DNA of 64,000 nt from Marinilabiliaceae bacterium. Its GTDB lineage: Bacteria > Bacteroidota > Bacteroidia > Bacteroidales > VadinHA17. The DNA lies in NCBI GenBank assembly GCA_036350795.1, contig JAZBNV010000138.1, forward strand, positions 4,362 through 68,361, given 5' to 3'. This document shows, piece by piece, positions 47,501-56,174 of this stretch. The notes under the pieces were generated by a model. The model was not told the DNA's origin and did not search any database. It saw nothing but the letters and a program-made list of their open reading frames with translations. The position numbers were made by a program, and so were the translations under genes. Position 1 is the first letter of the stretch, and every line of letters starts with the position of its first letter.

Positions 47501-49075
47501 ATAATCCTTTCTTTTTGCATAGGAATCGATGTAATCATATAGCTTTTGCTTTATAGTAACCTCGTCGTTTACCCGGTCGAAATAGAGGAAACCTTTGTTG
47601 GCAAGATCAATACACAGCCCGGTGGTAAACTCAGGTGATTGCTGCATCCATCTTGCAAACTCATCAATGGGGAAAGTTTCAGAGTACCAGTATTCGGAGA
47701 ACTTACTGACCCTGTACAGGGGGTGATAGTCATCAAGTCCCATAAGCCTTTGAAACTCATTCTCATTGAAGTATGAAGCCGATTCAAAATATGCCTGTCC
47801 AAGCGAGGAACCCCTGGCGCGCGAGAGGGTTATTTTTGATTCCTGCAGTTTCCATGAAAGATATTCAAAATACATATCCATCTGGTGATAGGAACTGAAA
47901 TACGGACTTCTCGAGGTTGGGAAACGCGATCTGTAGGTGTTCAATTCCCGCCCCGGTACATAGTAGGTAAATGCTATGTCAGAATGGTAAATTGAGTCCT
48001 GCCCGATATAGAGAGAGAAAACGGTTGATTGCGAGCGGATTGTTTCCTTGTTGAAAATAAAGCTGGCTGAATTTAAACGTACATATAGCGTATCATTCCG
48101 GAACATCTCAAGCGAGGCAGGGGTAAACTCGTTCCCGGTGCCCCTTACTGATGCACCCTCAAATGCCAGCCCGCCTTCAAAATCAATGTTTTCATATATA
48201 TCCTTAATTTCAAAAGTATTCTGATAGGTTTCAAAACGTGGATAGGTCGCACTTTCAGGGACAGGGATGCTGATTACCCTGTCATTCAGTATTCCGGGTA
48301 CGGGTTTATCAAAATATGTACTATTGGTAAACAGTACGGAGTCGGCAGTAAAAAACGATTCTGTAGTGTTTAAAACATACTGCCCAAGAGATGCAAACAC
48401 GGAGTTGCGTTCATATCCTGCTTTTTCCCAGGTAACCTTTCCTCTCTTGCCTCTCCACTGCCTGAGCACTGGAATATATTCTCCTTCAGTTTCGTAAATA
48501 TAGGTAGAATCGTGCGCGGTAAAGCAAAAAATATCAGTTTCCGGTATAATAATTCTGAAAACAGTATCATTGGAGAATGAGAACCTGTTGCTGTTTATTT
48601 TCCATGTAGCTGCCCTGGAACTGTAAAGAAGGCTGTCGCTTATCAGCATTCCGGTGGAAGAAACAAAGGAACTTATAAGGCTGATCTGGGATCCTGGCCG
48701 GGAAACAAAATTATCAAGTCCTGTTAACCATTCTTCAAGGAGCTCGCTGTCAATATCATAATTTATAAAATTCATAACGGTAGTAATAAAACTTTCGAAA
48801 TGAGGCACAGCCCTCATGCGTTTTACTACCATGTTATTTGAAATTGCCAATACTTTTTGCCTGCTTTCGGGCGACAGCAGGGTACTGTCCCAGACAGCTA
48901 TAAAACTGTTCAGAAGTGCCGTCTGGTTTTCATTCAGGTTTGGTCCCATAAAGTCACGCAATTCATTGGGAAAAGCATCACTCTCTCCCGAGAATTTTTG
49001 TCCGGCTTGTGGGTAAACGCTTACCAGTAAGCTGTTTGCACTTATAAGTACTAATAGAATAAGACCTTTTTTCAT
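44570..49075 (-). CDS. Very large (about 1501 aa) secreted hypothetical protein
   Basis: This is one uninterrupted ORF. I prefer the start at the ATG 49075 (MKKGLILLVLISANSLLVSVYPQ, a signal peptide). The track start at 49201 would overlap prmA by 116 nt. I recognise no motif. Confidence 0.8.
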   Translation of the reverse strand: MKKGLILLVLISANSLLVSVYPQAGQKFSGESDAFPNELRDFMGPNLNENQTALLNSFIAVWDSTLLSPESRQKVLAISNNMVVKRMRAVPHFESFITTVMNFINYDIDSELLEEWLTGLDNFVSRPGSQISLISSFVSSTGMLISDSLLYSSRAATWKINSNRFSFSNDTVFRIIIPETDIFCFTAHDSTYIYETEGEYIPVLRQWRGKRGKVTWEKAGYERNSVFASLGQYVLNTTESFFTADSVLFTNSTYFDKPVPGILNDRVISIPVPESATYPRFETYQNTFEIKDIYENIDFEGGLAFEGASVRGTGNEFTPASLEMFRNDTLYVRLNSASFIFNKETIRSQSTVFSLYIGQDSIYHSDIAFTYYVPGRELNTYRSRFPTSRSPYFSSYHQMDMYFEYLSWKLQESKITLSRARGSSLGQAYFESASYFNENEFQRLMGLDDYHPLYRVSKFSEYWYSETFPIDEFARWMQQSPEFTTGLCIDLANKGFLYFDRVNDEVTIKQKLYDYIDSYAKRKDYDVVSILSETESPLDNAVLDMRNYKMRINGIPGIFLSDSQNVAIYPYDRSIILEKNRSFEFNGVVQAGMITIYGNDFRFSYDTFKIKMPRVDSIALQVYTDERDEMGGLLAKNVEDLIQMTNAELLIDDPANKSGLKSLKQYPIFTAISDSYIFYDRIPGLEGVYPQSDFYFRLDPFVFENTDRLHETDLDLKGEFTAGNILPTLPQTLSLQNDKSLGFSYTTEDEGLDIYEGQARMFNEINMSNSGLKGHGRLDHLTASILSPEINMFPDSLISEAETFTIAASTLFPELSSENAMIRWYPEKDEWHAEIRDDGKFSIFDNGSELDGTVLLTSGGLSGNGNLSFTDSRLISSNILFTSSTLRADTATYNLKSVSGDGFAFIAEDANTYVDFEGQLSRFSLNSDSSVVKFPEINYICTMTDFEYDMNGKVLSMVQKGRESSTLMDGEQLLKQDMENLEKPTFFSTHMVNDTLTFSATRGRYLLNEEKVIAEDVNYIKVADALIQPDSGILRINKGAKFDKLNESLIAINNRHLIHTARVDIINTRRYEASGIYDYIDEENSVQPIKFTEIVVDSLRSKGSGYIPQTQNFKLSPYFTFLGDVHLSSEKEHLNFLGSAGIIHDCDYIGSAPMKFNADIDPLNIMIPVSDKARDINANLITVGTYITVDSTHIYSAFLSPSKSWSDIALVGAQGWLVYDKASGIYKVSSREKLANPVLPGPLVSFNKAVCDVYSEGSIDLGLDYGLLDISAAGNVMHITDSGLVNIKLILALDFHFSEPALGVMKDEIRYMAGLEGVDLSTDTYDMAMKNLIGADAASRLQEDMNLFGMARNLPADFKPELILNDLNLVWNDEYLAYRSEGKIGIGFIGTQALNVKVDGYVELQKRRSGDILDIYLKADNSTWYWFSYTRGVLMALSGNNNFNTILRDEKLNDRKHPDNSVRLPYTYMVGVQDRLENFLRRMERGTEDSDTGQDNIDFNQ

Positions 49076-49085
49076 GCTGATCATT

Positions 49086-49922
49086 TTAAGCTGTGAATAG
49101 CCCGCTTGCCCATTTGTCCCTTGTATTGCTTTTAATGAACCTGAATCCTGCTTTTTCAGCTCCTGCAATGATGGGCTTAATGTCATCCTCAAAAAATCCA
49201 CTCACAATTAATATGCCACCGTCTTTGCATAGTTGCCTGTAATGCTCCATCTCTTCGAGCAGTATGTTTCTTGTAATATTTGCCAGTACGATGTCGAATT
49301 CCTGCCCGTGAATATCTTTAACAGTACCGTGCACCAGGCTGCAGTTAGTAACTTTATTAATCTCAATATTTTCGGTCGAATTATTATAGGCCCATTCGTC
49401 AATATCAATGCCTGTAACCTTTTTACATTCCATCCTGGAGGCAAGTATTGCAAGTACACCTGTTCCGGATCCTACATCAAGTACATCTTTTCCTGAGAAG
49501 TCCAGATCTTTCATCTGATTAATCATCAGCCATGTTGTAGAGTGGTGTCCGGTTCCAAACGACATTTTAGGCTCTATAATTATCTCGTGCCGGTGTTCGG
49601 CAGAAGGTTTATGGTAAGGCGACCTCAGGTAACAGAATTTTTCGACTTCAACCGGTTCGAAGTTGCTTTCCCACTCCTTATTCCAGTTCTTTTCTTCTAT
49701 TTCCCTGCTTGATATATGCACCTCTCCAAACTCTTTTGAAGTCCTGACCGTAAGACTTTCAAGCAATCCAGGTTTGAAATCCCGTAATGGAATATAAGCC
49801 AGTAAGCCACTCTCATCTTCGAGGAAAGACTCATAGCCAATTTCATTTAACTCAGCTATGCAAATATCTTTTCCTGTTTCCCGGTTCAGGGGTATTACGA
49901 TATTTAATTCCAGGTATTTCAA
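49086..49922 (-). CDS. prmA: Ribosomal protein L11 methyltransferase
   Basis: TTG start ((M)KYLEL...). FGTGHHSTT and VLDVGSGTGVLAI are present. Confidence 0.9.
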   Translation of the reverse strand: MKYLELNIVIPLNRETGKDICIAELNEIGYESFLEDESGLLAYIPLRDFKPGLLESLTVRTSKEFGEVHISSREIEEKNWNKEWESNFEPVEVEKFCYLRSPYHKPSAEHRHEIIIEPKMSFGTGHHSTTWLMINQMKDLDFSGKDVLDVGSGTGVLAILASRMECKKVTGIDIDEWAYNNSTENIEINKVTNCSLVHGTVKDIHGQEFDIVLANITRNILLEEMEHYRQLCKDGGILIVSGFFEDDIKPIIAGAEKAGFRFIKSNTRDKWASGLFTA

Positions 49923-49931
49923 AATGTCTGA

Positions 49932-50690
49932 TCAGTATGATTTAATTATCGAGATAAAATCATCGGCTTTCAGCGAAGCTCCACCTATAAGTCCGCCATC
50001 AACATCTTTCATCGAGAATAATTCTGCAGCATTTCCGGCATTGCAGCTTCCGCCGTATAGTATTGTTGTGTTATCTGCAAGCTGCTTATCGTAGTTTGCA
50101 GCAATAAGACTGCGGATATAAGCATGCATTTCCTGTGCCTGGTCCGAGCTGGCAGTAACTCCGGTGCCTATTGCCCATACCGGTTCGTAAGCTATAATCA
50201 CATCTGAAAAGTCTTTTACATCCAGATCGAATATACCATTTTCGAGTTGATCTTTTACCACGTCGAAATGCTTTGCTGACTGGCGTTGTTCGAGCGACTC
50301 ACCGATGCAGAATATTACTTTGAGTTCCTTACCAAGAGCACTCTTTACCTTGGCATTAAGAAGCTCATTGTTTTCCTTAAAGTATGCCCTTCTTTCACTA
50401 TGGCCAATAATAACATATGCAGCTCCGGCCGACTTAATCATTGCGGCAGAAATCTCACCAGTATATGCACCTGATTCCTTATCAGAACAGTTTTGGGCAC
50501 CTGTATGCAGCAGGGTCTTATCAATTAGCTGTGTCAGGGGATAAATATGAGTGAAAGGAGTGCAAATAATTACATCAACATCAGGGGGTTTATTATCAGA
50601 CAGTTTGGTATTCAGTGATTTAGCAAGGTCAATCCCTTCTTCCAGTGTTAGGTTCATTTTCCAGTTTCCGGCAACAATTTTCTTTCTCAT
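49932..50690 (-). CDS. tpiA: Triosephosphate isomerase
   Basis: VAGNWKMN...IIGHSERR...[11 protein letters not shown]...GGASL. Confidence 0.95.
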   Translation of the reverse strand: MRKKIVAGNWKMNLTLEEGIDLAKSLNTKLSDNKPPDVDVIICTPFTHIYPLTQLIDKTLLHTGAQNCSDKESGAYTGEISAAMIKSAGAAYVIIGHSERRAYFKENNELLNAKVKSALGKELKVIFCIGESLEQRQSAKHFDVVKDQLENGIFDLDVKDFSDVIIAYEPVWAIGTGVTASSDQAQEMHAYIRSLIAANYDKQLADNTTILYGGSCNAGNAAELFSMKDVDGGLIGGASLKADDFISIIKSY

Positions 50691-50694
50691 AGTC

Positions 50695-51906
50695 CTAGTT
50701 TTTCAGTTTTTTTACCAGCAAATACAGGCACAGGGAAATCAGACTTGCCATGCCTATGGCCAGTAAGAGTTTTATATATATGTTAAGGTGCTTTTTAGAA
50801 GCATATTGTTCAATGTTTACGATTATTTCCTCTGGTCCGGGGAAGGATCTGTAGCTCCATTTTTTCAGTACCCTGCCCTCGCTGAGTAGCAGGAAACCGG
50901 GATTTGACCTGATTATTGTCTTAATCATAGTCTCATCACCGGAAAGGCCCAGAGTACCACCGCCCGCCAGCAGCATTTCGTCAATCGAGGATGAGCTCAG
51001 AAGGTAGCTCGAGAAACCCTGGTTAAACAGCTCGTTACAGGTTTTTATTCCATTTTCCAGTTCTTCTGCCGGTGCATCTTCAAGCGACTTGCTTATAAGC
51101 ATGATAGTGTAGCCAGGGTCGCTCAGTATCATGTCTGTGAGGTCGAAGCCTTCCTTAGTAATAAGAATGAAGTCATGAATAGGTGGCTCATATCCCTTGC
51201 TTATAAGAGTACTTTTCTGGTCTACAAAGGTCCAGTCAGGATCGTCAGGATAATTCTCGATTGTAAATTCCTTCCGGATTCCATCTTTCTCATATATCAG
51301 CACTGTCTCATATTCGTCTATCGGCGCCCCTTCGGGAATTGTCATATTCTCCTTTATATTTTCACCCTCCGCATAAGGCCTGAAGTCTATAAGCGGCAGG
51401 TACTTAAGATTAATAAGTGAGAATAGTATAAAGAGAAAGGAAAGAGTAATAAGCACCAGGCTCTCATGCAATGCTTTCCCGGGCGATCTGAACCTCTTGC
51501 GGTAAATAAACACGGGCACAACCAGGGCAGTAATAAGAACATTCTTATAAAATGTCTGCCAGTTGCTCAGGTGGATCGCATCTCCAAAACATCCGCAATC
51601 TGAGACGGGATTATTTATTGCCAGGACCAGCGTCAGTGGTGTAAACCCTGCCATAAACACTAATAAAGCCCATGCAGCTTCCTTTATACGAATACCACTC
51701 AGGGCTGCAACACCAATAATAAATTCTGCCGTGCTCAGCACAATCCCCATTACCAGTGCCAGGTTGTTGATAGAATCCAGTCCGAAGGCTGTAAAGTAAT
51801 CTATAAATTTATACATTGAGCCTTCAGGATCAACTCCCTTGGATAAGCCTGAAAAGATAAATACTATTCCTGCTATTATTCTGCCGATATGCGCTATCTG
51901 TTTCAT
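50695..51906 (-). CDS. DoxX/MauE-family integral membrane protein with a C-terminal soluble domain and terminal TM helix (BT_3928-like, recalled)
   Basis: It has about four N-terminal TM helices containing the CGCFG motif. A roughly 200-aa soluble region follows, and the final hydrophobic helix is [18 protein letters not shown]. Confidence 0.7.
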   Translation of the reverse strand: MKQIAHIGRIIAGIVFIFSGLSKGVDPEGSMYKFIDYFTAFGLDSINNLALVMGIVLSTAEFIIGVAALSGIRIKEAAWALLVFMAGFTPLTLVLAINNPVSDCGCFGDAIHLSNWQTFYKNVLITALVVPVFIYRKRFRSPGKALHESLVLITLSFLFILFSLINLKYLPLIDFRPYAEGENIKENMTIPEGAPIDEYETVLIYEKDGIRKEFTIENYPDDPDWTFVDQKSTLISKGYEPPIHDFILITKEGFDLTDMILSDPGYTIMLISKSLEDAPAEELENGIKTCNELFNQGFSSYLLSSSSIDEMLLAGGGTLGLSGDETMIKTIIRSNPGFLLLSEGRVLKKWSYRSFPGPEEIIVNIEQYASKKHLNIYIKLLLAIGMASLISLCLYLLVKKLKN

Positions 51907-52592
51907 TAGATTATTCCTTTTTTGACCAGTAAATCAAGTGTCTTGTCAAATATCTGTTCAGCCGTCAGCATAGCTCCATTTTCTGCCGCACAGTCTAATA
52001 TCTGAAGACTGACATCGCTCTTTGCTGTTTCAAGGTATACTTCTCTTACGCTGCGTTGAAAATCAAGTGAATCTTCGTGAATATCAGTGTTCCCCTTAAG
52101 ATAAATCCTGTCGCTACCTGATCTGCTTTCAATAAGTTTTTCGCTTGTAAAGGCAAAGGGCACATCAAGAAAGATATTTATTGCCGCCTGCGGGATTGCA
52201 AAATGCCTGAACTCAAGGTCAAGTATCCAGTCTCTCAGCCCTGATCTTTCTGCATGGTCTGAAATTTTTGCACACTGGTATGCGATATTGGAATACACAT
52301 ACCTGTCAAGAATAACATACTTTCCTTTTTTAAGCCATTCTTTTATCATTTCAGAAGCATCTTTCCTGTCGCCGGCATATAACATTGCAACCAGGTATGG
52401 ATCAACCTCGTCCAGCCTGCCGAACTCACCCCTCAGGAACCTCGAAACCAGTTCTCCGAAATAAGGTGCGTCAGTCCTCGGGAAGTGAAGGTATTCACTC
52501 TCAATCCCTTTTTCCTCAAAGTAACTCTTAAGCAACTTTATCTGTGTACTCTTGCCAGCCCCGTCAAGTCCTTCAATAACAATAAGATTCAT
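51906..52592 (-). CDS. tmk: Thymidylate (dTMP) kinase family protein
   Basis: The P-loop is IVIEGLDGAGKSTQ and DRY is also present. The stop overlaps the next gene's start by 1 nt. Confidence 0.8.
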   Translation of the reverse strand: MNLIVIEGLDGAGKSTQIKLLKSYFEEKGIESEYLHFPRTDAPYFGELVSRFLRGEFGRLDEVDPYLVAMLYAGDRKDASEMIKEWLKKGKYVILDRYVYSNIAYQCAKISDHAERSGLRDWILDLEFRHFAIPQAAINIFLDVPFAFTSEKLIESRSGSDRIYLKGNTDIHEDSLDFQRSVREVYLETAKSDVSLQILDCAAENGAMLTAEQIFDKTLDLLVKKGII

Positions 52593-52742
52593 TGGATATT
52601 CCTGTCACATAAACAATAAGCACAAATATAACAAGTATGCTCCATAAAAATGAGGGCAGTTATTAAAAGAATAAATTAGATATCAACATCATCCGGTGCA
52701 GCACTCAAATGCTCAGCTGATATTATGGTAGAAAAAATTTAC

Positions 52743-52750
52743 TAAGTTTG
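52743..52750 (+). promoter_or_regulatory. Candidate -7 promoter element (TAnnTTTG) upstream of folP
   Basis: TAAGTTTG ends 8 nt before the ATG, which implies a very short or absent leader. Confidence 0.35.
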
Positions 52751-52758
52751 TTCTGCCT

Positions 52759-53601
52759 ATGACTCGAAAATTCATAAACATTAAAGGCTCCCTGCTGGAT
52801 CTTTCCACTCCAAAGGTGATGGGGATTATTAATGCTACTCCTGATTCATTCTACGAAGGGAGCAGGGTGAGCACGCTTGATGAGATCAGGAAACAGGTCG
52901 ATAAAATGGTTGAAGAGGGTGTCGATATACTGGATGTGGGTGGATATTCATCGAGACCCGGTGCAGAAGGGCCTGACCAGGATAAGGAAATACAGAGGGT
53001 AAGCAAAGCCCTGGAGCTAATTCGTAAAAGATATCCGGATCTGCCCCTGTCAGTTGATACTTTCAGATCAGAGGTTGCCAGGATTGGTATTGAATATTAT
53101 GACGCAGATATTGTAAATGATGTGTCGGGAGGTGAATTCGATAAGAAAATGTACGGTCTTGTTGCCTCTAAAGGGGTAGCTTATATATTGATGCATATGA
53201 AAGGAAGACCTGAGACCATGCAGGATAAGCCCCGGTATAATGATGTTATGGATGAAATTACTTACTGGCTCAGCGTCAGGGTTAAGCGTCTTATAAAGGA
53301 AGGACTTAAAGATATTATTATCGACCCTGGCTTTGGTTTTGGTAAGACCCTGGAGCATAATTATACTATACTGAAGAACCTGGACAGGTTTCAGTTGCTT
53401 GGTTTACCGGTACTTGCAGGCTTATCGCGAAAATCGATGATATGGAAAAAACTTTCGATAAGTCCGTCTGAAGCACTGAATGGCACCAGTATATTAAATA
53501 CAATTGCCCTGCAGAAGGGTGCTTCCATATTGAGAGTTCATGATGTGAAAGAGGCTAAAGAACTGATATGTCTATTTAATGCAGTAAATACTGAAAGCTG
53601 A
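52759..53601 (+). CDS. folP: Dihydropteroate synthase
   Basis: MGIINATPDSFY...ILDVGGYSSRPG...DPGFGFGK. Confidence 0.93.
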   Translation: MTRKFINIKGSLLDLSTPKVMGIINATPDSFYEGSRVSTLDEIRKQVDKMVEEGVDILDVGGYSSRPGAEGPDQDKEIQRVSKALELIRKRYPDLPLSVDTFRSEVARIGIEYYDADIVNDVSGGEFDKKMYGLVASKGVAYILMHMKGRPETMQDKPRYNDVMDEITYWLSVRVKRLIKEGLKDIIIDPGFGFGKTLEHNYTILKNLDRFQLLGLPVLAGLSRKSMIWKKLSISPSEALNGTSILNTIALQKGASILRVHDVKEAKELICLFNAVNTES

Positions 53602-53635
53602 CAGGCATCGATGTGGGGCCTCTCAGATATTATGT

Positions 53636-53643
53636 TAATTTTG
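53636..53643 (+). promoter_or_regulatory. Candidate -7 promoter element (TAnnTTTG) upstream of cdaA
   Basis: TAATTTTG lies 29 nt upstream of the ATG. Confidence 0.4.
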
Positions 53644-53671
53644 TACCTGTTAACTTCTTACATAAAAACAA

Positions 53672-54445
53672 ATGCCTCCTATTTCTATACTTGACATCCT
53701 GGATATTGTTCTGGTTGCCATAATACTTTACCAGTTATACAGGCTGATAAGGGGCACGGCAGCTCTCAGCATCTTTCTTGGTATTTTTGCTGTTTACCTT
53801 TTCTGGCTCATAGTTAAGGCATTTAATATGGAATTGATAAGTTCCATTATGGGGCAGGTAATTGGTGTGGGAGTAATAGCACTGATAATAGTATTCCAGC
53901 AGGAAATAAGAAGATTCTTACTTATCCTGGGGAGCAGGTACCTTGGCGGAGGCAGTTTCTCCTTCGAGAGATTGTTTGGTGGCAGCAGCAATGTATCTCC
54001 TGAGAAGCAAATGGCGATAGAGCAAATTGTAAGAGCTGTTGAGGAGATGGCTGAGACAAAAACAGGAGCACTGATAGTAATTGCCAGGAAAAGCACACTT
54101 GAATTATATTCAGAAGGAGGGGAGGTAATAAATTCACGAATAAGCGCCGACCTGCTGCTGTCAATATTTTCAACTCAAAGTCCTTTGCACGACGGGGCAG
54201 TACTGATTGAAGCCGGGCGTATTTATGCAGCCAGGTGTCCGCTGCCTACAGTTAATAATCCAAGCCTGCCACCGAGGTTCGGAATGAGACACAGGGCAGC
54301 CCTTGGCATTACCGAGCTAACTGATTCTCTTGTTATTGTGGTTTCTGAAGAGCGTGGGAAAATTTCAGTTGCTGACAATACAGAAATGGTTGAGAATATA
54401 AAGCCCAAAGAATTAAGGGAAATCTTATCGCGCGAAAGAATCTGA
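53672..54445 (+). CDS. cdaA: Diadenylate cyclase CdaA (membrane-anchored DisA_N domain)
   Basis: Three N-terminal TM helices are followed by GALIVI, HDGAVLI and GMRHRAALG motifs. Confidence 0.9.
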   Translation: MPPISILDILDIVLVAIILYQLYRLIRGTAALSIFLGIFAVYLFWLIVKAFNMELISSIMGQVIGVGVIALIIVFQQEIRRFLLILGSRYLGGGSFSFERLFGGSSNVSPEKQMAIEQIVRAVEEMAETKTGALIVIARKSTLELYSEGGEVINSRISADLLLSIFSTQSPLHDGAVLIEAGRIYAARCPLPTVNNPSLPPRFGMRHRAALGITELTDSLVIVVSEERGKISVADNTEMVENIKPKELREILSRERI

Positions 54446-54536
54446 AAGTACCACCTGCTACTGCAGAGCCGGCCACCTAATAAGAGTCTGGCCAGAGCAA
54501 AACATAAGAGATTTACAGCTTATTTGATCCTGCGTT

Positions 54537-55754
54537 TTAGAAAATCATACTTGCATTTTCTATTATTGCAATCCTGGTATTACTCTTATTGATCATCTCC
54601 TGCATTTCATCAGGAGTAAGTGGACTGATGCCCATACTGTGGCATATTGATTTCTCAAGACTTGTATGCATATATACCCTTATTCTTCCTGTCTTTTTAA
54701 GAGTGGCAAGTGCAGTGCCACCATTGCCCGAGTAAGAGGTCTTTAGCTCCTTGATTATTTCCTTAACCGGCCTCCCGAATATCTTTGTAAAGGCATCATT
54801 TCCCGATCCGTCGCGGCATTCGGCAAGGAGAATAAGAGTGCCACCGTCTTCCACAAAGGAAGCCGCATTATGGAGTGATTTATGTGTCTGTATAAAATTA
54901 ATGTCCTTTGGATATCCTCCGGCCGATGCTACCACCATTTTGAATTTTTCATCTCCACGGTACCTGTAGCTTTCGTCATAGACTTTGCAGCTATCAGTAA
55001 ATTCACTGTAAGTATCATCAAACCTTATCAATGCTACTTTTCCTGCAGTATTCAGTATGCCTGAAATAATCAGTTTCCGTGGGAGCAGTTTATCAATTTC
55101 CTCGAGATCCTCTGCGACCGGGTTTCCTTTCAGGATTCCTGACTCACAGCCCGGATCGAGCATCTGCCTGTCGAAATCAATATACAGGCTGTGATTCTGA
55201 TAAACAGACTCCCTGAAAGCCAGTCCGGGGAAAAGAAGCTTTCTTCCTCCTCCATAGCCGGCAAAATAGTGATGTGATATTGCGCCGAAAAGTATTATTA
55301 AATCATTTTCAAAAACATCATTCCTGATCAAAACTTCTGTTCCCCGCGATGTAATTCCCAGCGACCTGTGAGCTTCCCTGTCGTTGCAGTCGTGATGAAT
55401 AAACCTGTATTTCAGGAAGGTGTCACCATAGGCTGCAAGACTTTCACTGTCAGACTGCCTGGGATGAGTGCCGTAGGCAATGTAAAAGCATATATTATCG
55501 CTCTTTACTCCTTTTTGCTCAAGGAAAGTTGTTAGCAGTGGCAGGTAAGTTTCATATGAGCAGAGGCGGGTTTTATCTGAAACCACGATCCCTGCCCTTG
55601 ATTCTTTGCTTATTTTAATCCTTGATTCGAGTCCGGACATGAATTCTTCTGCAGAACAGCCTGATGAGGGTGGATTTACCTCCAGTTTCTTAATATTATC
55701 AGGCAGGGTAAGTGTTATTTTTTTTGATCCGTATTTAAAGAGCTGGTCAGTCAA
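54537..55754 (-). CDS. LarA-family (lactate racemase-like, DUF2088) nickel-pincer-cofactor-dependent enzyme
   Basis: TTG start. SDKTR, AYGTHP, HHYFAGYGGGRKLLFPG (the Lys tether context), QNHS and GGYPKDINFIQTHK correspond to the LarA cofactor and catalytic motifs as I recall them. Confidence 0.8.
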   Translation of the reverse strand: MTDQLFKYGSKKITLTLPDNIKKLEVNPPSSGCSAEEFMSGLESRIKISKESRAGIVVSDKTRLCSYETYLPLLTTFLEQKGVKSDNICFYIAYGTHPRQSDSESLAAYGDTFLKYRFIHHDCNDREAHRSLGITSRGTEVLIRNDVFENDLIILFGAISHHYFAGYGGGRKLLFPGLAFRESVYQNHSLYIDFDRQMLDPGCESGILKGNPVAEDLEEIDKLLPRKLIISGILNTAGKVALIRFDDTYSEFTDSCKVYDESYRYRGDEKFKMVVASAGGYPKDINFIQTHKSLHNAASFVEDGGTLILLAECRDGSGNDAFTKIFGRPVKEIIKELKTSYSGNGGTALATLKKTGRIRVYMHTSLEKSICHSMGISPLTPDEMQEMINKSNTRIAIIENASMIF

Positions 55755-55763
55755 GATAGTAGC

Positions 55764-56174
55764 TTAATGGTATTTAATTCTGGCATTGATCTCATTGTCT
55801 CTTATAAAATAGCAGGGTATCTCGCAATAGTCTTCACTAAATTTTACCCTGGGTGTGGCAGAGGAGACAGCGATATACTCTATTCCATTAAAGGTGCTTA
55901 TAACTTTAACCGAATATTCCTTGTTGAGTTGAACCTGGATCTCGACGTTGGTATTGGAGGTCAGCTCTGCAATAATTATATTGTCTTCAACCTTCCCCTG
56001 GTATACAGTTATTTCGTAAGTGGTGAATTGATTATAACCTGAGACATTAATATATAGTGTGCCTTCAACAGGTTCAGATTCAAGGCAATCGGCACAATTG
56101 TAAAAAAATATCTCTTCGCATGCGCTCTGCATAAGCAAGAGAAAAAACAACAATATTCCGCTTAGCCATTTCAT
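55764..56174 (-). CDS. Small Cys-rich lipoprotein, hypothetical
   Basis: The signal peptide carries a lipobox (LMQSAC) and the protein has additional Cys residues. Its ATG is on the nucleotide after the stop of the ankyrin gene. Confidence 0.65.
   Translation of the reverse strand: MKWLSGILLFFLLLMQSACEEIFFYNCADCLESEPVEGTLYINVSGYNQFTTYEITVYQGKVEDNIIIAELTSNTNVEIQVQLNKEYSVKVISTFNGIEYIAVSSATPRVKFSEDYCEIPCYFIRDNEINARIKYH

Noticed and set aside
44570-49075. Calling the giant ORF TamB.
   Set aside because: Only its size and export signal fit. I could not recognise the DUF490/AsmA signature by eye, so naming it would be unsupported. It is kept as a hypothesis in the findings.
49076-49201. Upstream extensions of several track ORFs. 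These are the giant protein to 49201, the sulfatase to 60654, the ankyrin protein to 57716 and the phosphosugar mutase to 11270.
   Set aside because: The extensions overlap the preceding gene or precede an obvious signal peptide or conserved N-terminus. Internal ATGs at 49075, 60780, 57635 and 11255 give canonical N-termini.
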